The translations under genes were made by a program, and so were the position numbers. 64,000 nucleotides of DNA from Zancudomyces culisetae HAW-14-8. Its lineage: Eukaryota > Fungi > Kickxellomycota. Positions 12,814 through 24,881 of this stretch are shown one piece after another. The notes below the pieces were generated by a model. It was not told the origin of the DNA and did not search any database. It was given only the letters and a program-made list of their open reading frames with translations. The stretch is from the NCBI GenBank assembly GCA_052426225.1, contig JBNJNM010000021.1, positions 2,480,001 through 2,544,000 on the forward strand, given 5' to 3'. Positions within the stretch are counted from its first letter, which is position 1. Each line of letters starts with the position of its first letter.

Positions 12814-13779
12814 TTATTTTTTCTTCCTTCTCCGGCTTTTCTCACCAGCAGCGGCCTTTTTCCTGGTATTCCCACGCACGTCATCATCCCCCTCGTTTTC
12901 ACCAGCATTGCCATTACCATTGCCATTCCCATTCCCGCTGTTACCATCTACCAACAACCCCTTTGAATTGTAGTTTTGATTCATTTCCACTAATGCCAAC
13001 TGGTCTCCAGAAAACACGCCTCCTCCACTATTCATTACCGCCACCGCACCACTGCCCTCAACTATAGAATACGGATTACCATTACCATTAGCAGTAGCGC
13101 CGCCGTTGCTATGATTGGGCTCCGCCATTGGCCCAGGACCTACTCCACCACCCATGGGTGACAATACTGAGGGCGAGGCTCCATTGTTTTTCAAAATTAT
13201 CCCACCTGGGTATGACCCTCCTCTGTTTACCAGTAAAGGCTCGTAGCTGTTGGCTCCACTACTGTTGTATTCAGTTCTTCGTAAATCGTTTTCGTATAAA
13301 AAATCCGAGTAAGACAGTGTGTGCTGAAACTCACCTGTTGAATTGTTTCGCTGTTGCATTTGCTGAGCTTGGTGATTGTAGTACTGATACCCGTTGTTAT
13401 AGTATGGAATCTGGTTACCATCTACCATTCGGGACGCCATTGTGGAGGAGGATGTCAGCATGGTTGCTGCGCCTGCTGTAGGTAGTGGAGGAAGTTGCGG
13501 CACCGTTCCTCCGAGCTGCGTCAAATGCTGTATCATCGCCTCCACCCTCATTCTTAATCCTTGATTTTCCTCCAGTATTATATGGTATTCTTGTAGCAAG
13601 TTCTCCAACTGTGCTGACCTCCATTCTAGCTCTTTTACATATTGTTCACGCCTTTGTCTAAACGCTCGTTGGGCACTTCTGTTCCTTTCTGCTCTCGCTG
13701 CTGCCTCCTCTGGCGTTTGGTTTGCCTTTACTGTTGCTTTGGAGTTGTTTTTAGTTAATTTTATTGTGGCTTGTTCCAT
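12814..13779 (-). CDS. Yap/AP-1-like bZIP transcription factor
   Basis: Basic region RNRSAQRAFRQRREQYVKELE followed by a leucine zipper; G/N-rich tail; C-terminal basic RRRKKK. Confidence 0.9.
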   Translation of the reverse strand: MEQATIKLTKNNSKATVKANQTPEEAAARAERNRSAQRAFRQRREQYVKELEWRSAQLENLLQEYHIILEENQGLRMRVEAMIQHLTQLGGTVPQLPPLPTAGAATMLTSSSTMASRMVDGNQIPYYNNGYQYYNHQAQQMQQRNNSTGEFQHTLSYSDFLYENDLRRTEYNSSGANSYEPLLVNRGGSYPGGIILKNNGASPSVLSPMGGGVGPGPMAEPNHSNGGATANGNGNPYSIVEGSGAVAVMNSGGGVFSGDQLALVEMNQNYNSKGLLVDGNSGNGNGNGNGNAGENEGDDDVRGNTRKKAAAGEKSRRRKKK

Positions 13780-16415
13780 ATTTTCATTTTATTTTATGCC
13801 GTAATTTCCTCAAGTTTAGTTAAATACCAGACATAGATAATTAATAACCACTCATCATCACACTGACTGTTTTGTCTATAAATAATATTACAAGGCTTAA
13901 AGTTCTTGAAGCGTTTTGGTTTTGGTTTTGGTTTTGTTCTTTTTCTCTTGTTTTAGATATCAAGTCTTAAGGCAGAATAATATATACTACAAAAAAAAAT
14001 TTTCTATCTAATAACCCATTGAGATATATGTTCCAAAATGAATCTTCTTCGATCCTAATTTATAATAATTACAAAAAAAAAATTTTCAATTCCATAGTAC
14101 TTTTCTATTACTTTTATGTCATGGGTAACACGCTTGAAAACACATCAGAAATTATTAGCTTGTTCTTTTAATAAAACTGCCCTGATTTAGCAGCAAATTA
14201 ATTGGGGGAAGGAGTTAACTCCTTTTAGTGCAATTCCCAATTTAGTTGCATTCCTTTTAGATGAAATAGCTATAAAAAAAACCTTTGATTCATCAGATTT
14301 TTGTCGCCAACTTGCCTGTAAAAAATAGATATATCCGTTACATTTTTTTATCCGTTAATACCCGTTCTATATTTCCAAAACAACCATGCCTTTAATCTTT
14401 ACTGTTCTTTCTTTCCATCTTCTGTTGTTAGCTGCCAAACCGCAATTTAGATTATATTTTCTTTTTAAAAAAATGTATATACATAGCTATTAGTGCCGGA
14501 TCTCCAAATTGTTGGGTACTGGCAAACTTATTTTTGCTTATAGTTTAGTTTATTCTGGTGCCGTGTAATTGTTTTACTTTAAAAAAGCTAATCGCCTCGC
14601 AGGTTTTTGACCGTGATCAAGCAGCGTTTTTATTAAACTGTTTGTATTTACGTTATTCCAAAACATTACTATACATTTGGCATCACACAAGAACATTTTT
14701 GGAGTGCTGCTATTTGCATACGAATTATGGTGAACTTGAAAACTTTACCCACCCAATCTTTCTATCTATTCATAAATTGCCGTATTTGGTTAATGTTTGC
14801 ATCTTTAATTGAAAGCAACCTTGCTTAATTGGCTTGTTTGATTTTTGCGCTTTGTTATTACATAAATGAATACCATTACCTTATTTTTCTCCTAAGCAAT
14901 GCCTAAAGAGATGGGTGGGGGTTTCTTTTTTTTTAATCACAACATATCCTGGCCAATAATTTATTTGTTTTTTAGTTAATTTCCAAAAACAAAGAGTGGG
15001 CGCTACGCATTTTTTTTGTTGTTTTGCATATTCAAGCTGATCTATTGTTATTTAATGTACCAATTTTCATTTTAAAAAAAAGAGTGCTTGGAGTTCTTTT
15101 CTTTCAAACAGAGTAGCCTAAATTTCCGAAACTTTGCCTAGTAACGCCGTAAAGTTTACCAACTCTGGTCTGCAAGTAAGCAAATTAGATTGAAATTATA
15201 CCACTGGTTATGGTTTTACAGCAACCCCGGCACAAACTATATTTCGAGTACATTTTACGCTCATTACAACGTGTTTTTTTTTCTAACAATTTTAAAGAGT
15301 AGTGTAACAATACAATATTTCTGTTATACCTTATATACGTGATACATATTGACCATCTATTTGTGCCAAACTAATCAACAAAGATGGAAATGGCCAGTCA
15401 CAAGGCTCCTATGTATGCACAAATGTGTATTTTCATCATTCCACTCTTTCTAACGAACACCAAACCCCTTTTTGAACTAGCATGATTGTGTTGATATTTT
15501 CTTTGCGCAGGGTTTTTTTTACCAGTAGCTGTTTTTCGTATACTGAGCGTTTTTCACATTTTACTGTAACTAATTGTAATTTTCAATTTATATAGCTGAA
15601 AGATTGAGTTTGAGTGCTTAAAACTATTTTTCATCTACTCCTAGCTTTGGCGTCAAATTCTGGCATTTACGTACGAACAAACAGATGGCTTTTTTTTGTC
15701 TTTTTTCTTAACATTCCTTTAAACTATTTTTTTTAATTTTTTTTATAACTACCCTTTAAATTGTTTTTTTTATAGGTCTTTTAAAGCTATTTTTTAGTAA
15801 ACATTTTTTTAGCTTGGTTTTTATAGATTTCAAAACAAAAGTGTCTAAACACCAATAAAATGTGTTTTCCACCAATTTATAACTCCGCCATACTCGGAAA
15901 ATATTCATCAATTCCCTCCTTTTCCTAATATGTTTGGATTTAAAACTTGGGCAAGTATCTTGATGCATAAAATTTACGTTAAATTGTGATTATAATTACC
16001 TATTCTCAAGATATTACCCCTTGTCATATTCTTGTTGTATTAAGATAACACGCACGCAAAATAACAAGAAAAAGCCCACCTTAAAGCTCTATTAATATCT
16101 AAATTGATTAATGCACTGTTAAAAAAACTGTACTTTCACCTTATAAGCACTGCAACATCATGGGCAAGTCAAGATGGAGGCTATTTTGTATGTAAAGTTT
16201 CTTAATTTCCTTTTTACATTTTTATTTTCCTGGGGGTGTAACATTTACAAGAACTAATGGCCCTTTTATCTGAAGCCTTGGCAGCATAGCTAGATCAAAA
16301 AATTTTGGTATACGTTTCTTAGCTTGGGTGCACGACGAAAGACTTGCGAAGTTAAGATGACTGCAATGTTATAACTGCACCTTTCAAAGCACTGTTCTTG
16401 TAAAAGGTATATCAA

Positions 16416-16440
16416 TACACATACACATACACATACACAT
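16416..16440. repeat. (ATACAC)4 microsatellite
   Basis: atacacatacacatacacatacaca. Confidence 0.8.
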
Positions 16441-17074
16441 CCTTCTAGCTGATCCAGGATATATATTACGGCCTTCTTTACAGTAGTGTTACGTTTGGAT
16501 ATATGCTATTTTCTAGTTTCTGGTGAATTTTTTATGGTTGTTTTTAAACAAGACAGCCGTTAAAAGATAAGAGTCTGCCCCAAGTAAACAATCAAGAAAC
16601 TTATAGGAATAAAACCATCTAAACGATCAAAGTAGCAACTAAAAAAACATTGCTCAAAATTTACATTTCAGTACTTTATAGGAATGACGGAATTTTGATT
16701 AAAATAAACCACATCATGTATTAATACAACTCAGTATATAACACAGTAGGCTTATAAGCAACGAATGTAATCTTGTTCATATATTATCATGCACACTATG
16801 ACTCCCCTATTGCTCATAGACAAACCAAGCATCTAAAAAAATGGATCATAATAGAAATACCATTTATTTAATCTAATTAAGCACCCGTTTATAACAAGTA
16901 AAAAATGAAAAGCCCTAAACAAAGAGTTACCTTGTGTAAAAAATAAAAAAATTAGTGATAAAAAATGTGTATGGTAGTTTTCATAGTTTGGCTGAATAAT
17001 AAATGTAGTTGACCACAAAAGTTATTAAAAGTACATTCTGTCAAGTAAAAATAAAAGGATATGGTGTGTAGAAT

Positions 17075-17825
17075 CTAGACCAGCTTCAAACTGAGCATAT
17101 CCACAAGTACTTGAGCGGCCTATCCACATATGCGCAAATAGTTTAACAAAAAATAGTCTTTTTTATTATAAAAATACATGAATGCAGAAATAAGGACTCT
17201 CACCTCCATCATTTGAACCTGCTGGTGTTTTGTTAAATTATATTTCAAACAGGTCTCCCATGAATCGTGGTGCTCCCAAAGGTGCTAGTTTTTTATATAT
17301 AATTTCAAGGAGTTAAAATAATGTTTATCGCTTTAGAAATAAAAAGAGTAAATTCACTTTGCATGATATCCTAGAGAAAGTAAGATAATGAGAAAAGTAC
17401 CTTATATAAACAGCTGCGATGTTTATATTTTTTTCCACACACTCCGCATTGACAAGGGCTACGATTAGGCAGGCCTTCGAATGGATCGTAGCTGCCTGTG
17501 TAGAATGGTCCTGAGCTATCAGAATCAGCGGAACTTTCTCGTTGATACTCAGGATATGGGTGACTAGTGAGAACCCTCTGGTGTTCCCAAAACTCGACTA
17601 TTATATCAATAATCTATCAGTTTTTTGCTCGTAATTACATATTGTCATTTATTAATAACCCAATTCCCTTAATCGTGCATTACCACCTCACCCACCACTT
17701 TTGGTATTGGATACTCTGGATAACACACATCTTTGAAGGGAAGAAATGTGTAAAAAAGTAGTGAAATATAAAATTTTAGCTTTACCATTCTTCGAGCTCA
17801 TTGGTTTTACGTCAACTCGTGTCAT
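17075..17825 (-). CDS. Small fungal C2H2 zinc-finger protein (about 133 aa), 5 exons: 17825-17786, 17730-17692, 17597-17401, 17284-17204, 17119-17075
   Basis: Manual splicing over GT-AG introns gives CGVCGKKYKHRSCLYK|HLWEHHDSWETCLKYNLTKHQQVQMME|AAQVLVDM, matching the fungal family motif YKHxxCLxKHxWEH...KHQQVQLLEAAxxL. All phases are consistent; the two 5' exons are less certain. Confidence 0.85.
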
Positions 17826-20800
17826 GGTATTCTCCTTGTGTATGTATGTATGTATGTTTACTCGTTTTTCTAAAGACTTTGGCTTTTGCGCTTACTTATT
17901 TATTTTTGTTTGCCTAATCTCCTATTGTTCCTCCCAAGATAAATTAATACAGTATAAGCTTCTAAAACTACAATGAACGCACGGTTGAAATTGAAACACG
18001 TCAAAGCACCAGAAATGTATACTTGTACCCTGGCCGGACGAATGAAGTACTGGTTATATTTACTTCGAGTATTATTTTTGAGCCCACTTGGCTGGTTGTT
18101 TGAGCTATGACTCGACAGTAACTCGGTTCTGTATTTTAAAAGTTTTGATGTTTTAACCACAGATTCCAGAATCTCCAATATTGATTCCAAAAGCAGTTGC
18201 AAATCTATAGCTTGATCCTATGTTTTTAATCTTTTACCCTCCTTATATTTTAACTAAACTTTTAGTCTTGAGTTATGTTTCAAGATTGCTTTCTTTTAGC
18301 AAAAAGTCACTATAATGACTAGTTTTTCTATGGTATACCCAAAAACTTTACTTCCCATTAGATGTTTTTATAAAGTTTAAAAAGCTGCCTCTGTGAAAAT
18401 ATGAATGAAATAATCCCTGTTATAAAATTTCCGTTTTAAATTAAAATTTTATTTGGTCTTTTATTCGAAAAGTTTCTGTTTGATGAACAGAGCGTATTTT
18501 ATTTCCTTGTTCTTCTTTTTGCCGTTTTGTTATCAACAATAATTTTTAACCCTGAAGTCTACCTATAACTTTCTGCACTAGTGCCTTTTTTCACCTTTCC
18601 CAAACTTTGTGTTTTTTTTTTTCGATTCAAACAAAAAATTAATAAAACAAAAAAACGCACATTTTTTTTTTGGAAATGGGATGTAAATGCAAATACAGTA
18701 ATAACAAGACAGGAGATATATCCCACCTCACTTTCCATGAGCTGTTTAATCTGTGACTGTAATGTATCAAACATCTATCTAAATACCAAATTCTCAACCT
18801 CATCAATACCCAATGTATTCAGATACCGAGATACAGTTGGGAGATTGTGAAAATATTCGCATGACCTTACCAGAACCATTGTTTTAATTTGCCCACTAAC
18901 CATCCAGAAATTTTATTCAAGTACATTCATCACTTGATCCAATCAAAGCTATAAAACCCCTTATAACCTCTAATTTATTTATTTTTCCCTTAAGCACCTC
19001 CAACAAATTGAAACAACAAAAGCCAGAAATTATTGCTACATAGCTTGCATTAATTGCATTTTTATCCTCAAAATGCATTTCGAATGAAAAAGTAGAAGCA
19101 CATTTCAATTTCAAATAGAACCTTGTGATTTGAACTATCCAATAAACAACAAAATTGCTTGTGTGGTAATTTCTGCGTGAAATATAACATTCGGCTTCCC
19201 AAAATACAATTTCTATCTGACTTTCTGTAAATATAGCTCACTAATACCTAACAAAAATCGGCGCAAAATATTTAGCACTAGTCTGATTACCACAAAATGA
19301 GCTGATATGATGTTGCAATCCTTTTCATTTTGAATTGTGTGAATCCATGAATCATGGGTTAAGCTTTTTTTTCCGATTCTCTACAATACAGGTTCTTTTG
19401 TGTGTGTTGTAACAGGGAAAAAGTTGACAAAATTTAGGTTTAAGATGTGAACATAATGAGTGTTGTTTTACTTCAGGTTTACATTTAGCTAAACATAGAT
19501 TTTCTTTTTGCTTTCTCACTCAATACGTGAGTCTCATTATCATCATCGTCGCCATCATCTAGCTGAACAAATAATTTGAAAAAATACTGGAAATACCTAA
19601 TAGCACATTTAGGTTTTCAATAGTATTTGGCAATGTTTCAGATAAATTTCTATAATCGAGGGAATTAAACAAAATTGAGGGAATTAGTAATTAGTAATTG
19701 GTCTATTTGAAAATTAAAACGTTTTGTCAGAAAACAACAAATGGTTGAAAATGTTGTGAAAGTTTAAATAATGGATGGGAAAGCATAGAATAAAAAATAA
19801 CAGTCAATATGTATTATTATTTTTGGATTTACAAAAACCTTAATTCCTGCAGCCAAAATATTGCAGCAACATCTCCAAAAACCCGTAAGAGCTGCTCAAC
19901 TCCCAGCCTCAGATGATGCTTGTTTAAACAATAGTTGTATCACTATTACTCTTTTTACTAACAACTCGTATATTTTGTATAATGGCGAGATAATTAAATA
20001 ATAAATGTGAATCTAATTGCAGGAAGCCACAACAACAGAAAAAGATAAAAAATTATTATGTATTTGTGTCTCGAAGTATTACACGGGCTAAACAAGGCAG
20101 CAGTTTTTCAACATGCTACTGAACTAGTTATCCTAAATTCAAACATATATGACCTACTTTTTGTTTTATTTATTACTCAAGCATGCTAAAGTGTTTCTGA
20201 TATCACGTTCCCCCTTCATACACAAGAGCAGTGGTGTAATCGGCTACATGGATAAATCGCCAAGGGATGTACCACAAATGTAAACTGCAACCTCAATTTC
20301 TCGTAATTTACAGAACCTAGAACATAAATTCGAAATACAAATACAAGTTTTATATTGAGAATTAGCTAATGGATAGGCATCACCAAAACCATCTAGCTTT
20401 TTTTAAAAAGGCTTTTAGGAATTCCACAGGAGTATGTTATCCATGGGTTCTGAGCATGAGTTGTGGGCATTTCACGTTTAATGATTTTTCTTGATAATTG
20501 GGATAAATTCATTCATTTTAACAAATTATCTCGTATGTTTTAATGCAATTTTCCTAATTAATGTCAAATTGGAATAAAAATAGTAACGAAAAAAGGTTGG
20601 CAATAATAAATAATATTGTTCTCAGTATATAGAACATGTGTGTGTAGATGCTATAGCCTTAAAAGCTACTAATAGAGAAAAATAATCTCATTGTATAGTA
20701 AAATATTCACAAGCTGAGTTGATGTAACATCAAAATTCATTAAAGCCGTGCTCAAACAGAGTATGTAGTCCAAGTGAATTTTCCTGAATGTCTGTACTAA

Positions 20801-21699
20801 TTCAATCTGAAAGGCTAATACCATATCTCCAGATATTTTTATCATAGCTACTATAATTATTTTTGAAATGGGTGGTTTTTTTCCCTGATAATTAGGAGAT
20901 TGGAATGAAAAGGTTAAAAAGTGCGTAGCTGTGAGTTGAAAGTTATGGAGCAAGAGTGATGAGTTGTTATGTATCACACATGATATCGATAGCGCCATGA
21001 ACAGACCTGGTATACTGTAGCGATGAACATGAAACAGCCTTAACTCTGAAAAAATTATTTTGTTTTATTCAAAACTGTCAAAAAAAATTAAACGAAATTA
21101 CACTAAAGAACCAGCTCCCCCAACTTTGGTCAGATAGCGTTTCCATTTATCATACGCATATTACCTTACATACAGCCGAAAACGTATCCCTCAGGGAATA
21201 TAGCAACCCTCGTTGTGGTATTCTACGTTGCTCGTTTCTTCTTTTGATAATAGGATAAACCTAAGAGCAAGCTTTGTCGGCTATTAGGTGGAGGGGGAGA
21301 TTCCCCAACGATATTCATACGCATAAAATATTGCGCAAATGTATAAAGTACTATAAAATATTGGATGCTATGTGCTACAGCTGAGTATGTGTAATATAAA
21401 GCGACTGTCCTCCTGTCTCATAATTCTGATAAAAATTCGTTAGCACAAAGCTGGCAAGATTGTATTAACATACATGTGGGCACATGTTATACCAACCTTA
21501 TGATCTTTGTCGCACTGATATTGTTTGTGTAATGATTTGTAAATTGTGTTGAATAATTAAAACCAGAGAGGGTCTTGATAGATGTGATTAATAAGGTGAA
21601 TAAATTGTGGTAAATACCCAAAGGGCTTCTATAGTTGAATTTGAATTTAACAAGTGAAATATAAAAGTACTATTATGTCAACTATGTAAAAAAGATAGA

Positions 21700-22432
21700 T
21701 CAAGTTCGTTCTCGGTAAAAGGAAGAGTACTTTAGAGCGTACACTGAACCGATGGTGAAAATTGAACCAAACAAGGTAATCGGGCCAAAATTTCGAGACT
21801 TAAGAGCCTTTTTTGAATTGAAAACTAGCCACATCCCACTCCAAGCTACATTGATGTAATTTGCAACAAAGTCACAGAAAATTTAGCTATCCAAGTGTGT
21901 ACAGTGTAAAGAAATAGTAAATGTATTTAAAAAAACTATATTATTACCTGTGCAAATCCCCGAGCCGTTGTAATCATCTCCATTTTTCAAGGCATAGCTA
22001 TAAATTAAACAAGATTTAAAGTGTTACTTTTATATCATTTTCTTTGATTATTTTATCTGCTCGGAAAAAAGAATCATTTAATGCCAAGTTTAAGATAAGA
22101 ATAAATCTAGAAACAAATTAAATTAGTATTAATTGTGTAAACCTACCCAGCAAAGAAATATGCAGCCGCAAAGCCCACCGATTGAATGTAAGGAGGGTAT
22201 CCTCTATTGATAAAGTTTTGAGGAAAGATAGCAGAAAAACCTAGTATAACCGCCACAAAAAAAATTCAAAAAAAATTCAGCAATAAACCCAAGAATAACA
22301 AATTCCGCATTCACAAGGACATATGTATTAGGAATCGAGCTTACTCATTAAAGAAAGTCCAAATGCAGGATAAGGTGAAGAACCGAGCTTATTAGCGAAT
22401 TTGAATAATGAGTTCGTTTTGCTTTCGTCCAT
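21700..22432 (-). CDS. AIM19: AIM19-like small mitochondrial membrane protein (125 aa), exons 22432-22345, 22240-22147, 21997-21948, 21845-21700
   Basis: Spliced product MDESKT...SSPYPAFGLSLM...GFAAAYFFAGYALKNGDDYNGSGICTAWSGMWL...VYALKY. SPYPA and GYxxxxGDxxNGSGxxxAWS are Aim19-family motifs. All three introns are GT-AG and phase-consistent. Confidence 0.8.
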
Positions 22433-22726
22433 GTTTGTATTAATATTTCAATTTGTTTAAAACGAGCGTGCAATATATTCTACAGCGGCTAGAGAATTTT
22501 CACACAATTTGATGAAATGGCAAAAAAATATATGATAATGTGATTAATTTTTTTTCACAGTAAATAATTCGATGCGATTTTTGATGAAAAAAGTATCCAA
22601 AATCATTTAATCATAAGAACAAATATTCTGGCAGCTATTGATACACAAATCAAACTGAATTTGAAGAATGATGTTCCACTGAGAAAAATCCTCGCATTCA
22701 GATTATGAGGTAAAATAATAGCAAGC

Positions 22727-24758
22727 ATGGAAGAAAAAAAAGAAAGATTAGAGTTTTATAGGCTGTTTCCGCATATTGTAGAGGTGAAAACCGCAAAGGA
22801 AAGGGATGTAGAATGCGAAAAGGCAAATGCTGGTGGCAACAATAACACAACAGGTGATGTTAGTAGTGAGAGCAGCATAAGATACAAAGGCTATATCACA
22901 ACAAAGGTAATTCACAGCAACATAATAAACCATGATTTTTTAAAAAGTAGCTGCTAAAGGATTCAGATATGTAAAGGAATCGCATGGCTCATACATTTAT
23001 CTATTGAACGAGTAGTACAACAATGATGTTTATGTGGAATATGCCGAAAATAAGCCGGAAATAGCAGTTGACGACATGGAAAAAAAAATTATATGTAAAA
23101 GGAGGAGGGAAAATGATGATATATGTGATATACAACTAATACTTGGAAATGGAGGGAAATCACACCAAAATGTACCAGAATCAGAGGTTGAGAGGATGAC
23201 AAAAAGGCTCAAGCAGTGCGAGAAACCAAAGCACAAATTTATGGAAATTAAACAGTTTGTGGTAATCATATGACTAATTAATGATATTAAAGGTGGTTGG
23301 TAGTAGTAAGCAAATGGTATCAGCATGTTATTCTAAGCACCATATAACACCTCTTTTTACATTTGATAGGAGCGTATTCAAAAGCAAGAGAGGCGGAATT
23401 ATTATAATTTTTGTGGAATTTTGCGCCAAAGGCAGTTATTAAAGGTTATTCGAGCATTTTTAGATAATGCAAGAATACTGGGAGCGAAATATAAGTTAAT
23501 TAAGCAAAACGAAGATGATGATACACAAGATTCAAGTACGGGTAAGACCGTAGGAAATTCAAAAAATATGGCGAACGAAGAGCTAAGCAGGGGGTGTAAA
23601 AATAAGGATGAGGATATCAATCGCGAGTGCTGTGGGGTTTCGGGAATAGAAATGGAAATAAAAAACGCTTATGGACGAAAAATTCACGTACAGATGCTTG
23701 ATAAAGGAGGGGAAAATATGGATGCTTCGTTAATAATACAGCTGAAAGGATTAAACATGACCGGAGAAGGCAATGAGAATGCGAGAGCAGGTGTGGATGC
23801 AGAGATAAAATTAGATACAAAACTTCAGTGCGATGATGCTCATTATGAAGACACTTCTGAATGCAGTAGGGAAGTGTCAGAGATTTTTGTATGGCTCAAT
23901 AATATTCTTAAGAGCAGCGAGGAAAGCGAAGAACTGATAGAAAAGCTTGTAGAGTTTGACGATAACATGGGAAGCCCCGAAAAAGAAAACAAATCAGGTT
24001 CAATCAACGAATATTTGGTTGCTAATGCTAAGAGCGGGATGATAAAAAGGCAGCTCATTGTGGTGATACCCGTAGTGAGCAAAGTAAATCGACAAGAAAA
24101 TGTGAATGTAATGAAAGTGGGGGAGGGGGTTCTAGAAAATGGAGAGGAAGATAAAAACGAAAATGAGAAGGAGATGGTGGGTATAGAGATTATCTACAAG
24201 CCTGCTGCAGCCAGTAGCAGGGGTATGAGTGATAGTGGTAGCAAATCTTGTAGTTTTCCAAAAGAGATCAAGATAAAAAAAGTCATATCTTATTATAACA
24301 ACACAGAAACAGAAAAACAGAAGGAGGAAAGCACTATCTATAATCAATTGAAGCGAGAATTTGCAGATTTCGAAAAGAAATGGAGTTCCAAAAGAAGCAT
24401 AGTCGAAAATGTTAGGACAATAATTGGTAGCTTAGAGGGACAGGACGTGATTGGAGAAGAAGTAGCGATACTAAGTAATAATCTCAACGAGAGTAGGCAG
24501 AATATTATGAAAAATGCATTTAGCTGTGGAATATGCTTTAGTTTGGTCATAACTGAGGTACTAACAGCCGAGCAAACATTTCAGAGCGGAGAGCCAGGAG
24601 AGGGTCCAGGTGTGGTAGAGTGCGAGTCATGTCGGAAAAAGTATCATCTGGACTGCTTGAAAACATGGATGCTAAAAAGCAACAAGGCGCTGTTACAGGC
24701 GTTTAGAGTTTTGGTCGGAAAATGTTTGTACTGTCAGAAAGAGATATCTATTTTTTGA
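22727..24758 (+). CDS. FANCL: FANCL-like E3 ubiquitin ligase (about 604 aa), exons 22727-22906, 23016-23261, 23370-24758
   Basis: C-terminal RING variant CGICFS...CESCRKKYHLDCLKTW...QAFRVLVGKCLYCQKEI matches FANCL (CGICY...FHxxCLYEW...QSFNIIFGECPYC). N-terminal FPxx...YKGYIT resembles the ELF domain. Introns are phase 0. Confidence 0.8.
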
Positions 24759-24881
24759 ATCTGCCACTATACCTAAACTTGAAGCCAAACGTAAGAATAA
24801 AAATAAAGAGAAAATAAAGAGAAAAAGAAAAAGAAAAACAAACAGCGGCAACAAAGAGAAAGGGAATATATGGTAATATGA

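Noticed and set aside
17078-17102. CAG-CTTCAAA-CTG resembling a tRNA-Sec anticodon arm (some Harpellales use selenocysteine)
   Set aside because: Only a 3-bp stem with no D/T arms or acceptor stem, and it lies in the last coding exon of the C2H2 gene.
17440-17600. GC-rich tandem hairpins (GCTACGAT/ATCGTAGC; TCCTGAG/CTCAGGA) suggesting an ncRNA or 5S-like gene, and a + strand frame with an internal TGA
   Set aside because: The region is explained as exon 3 of the minus-strand C2H2 gene, and no snRNA, 5S or SRP motif set is complete.
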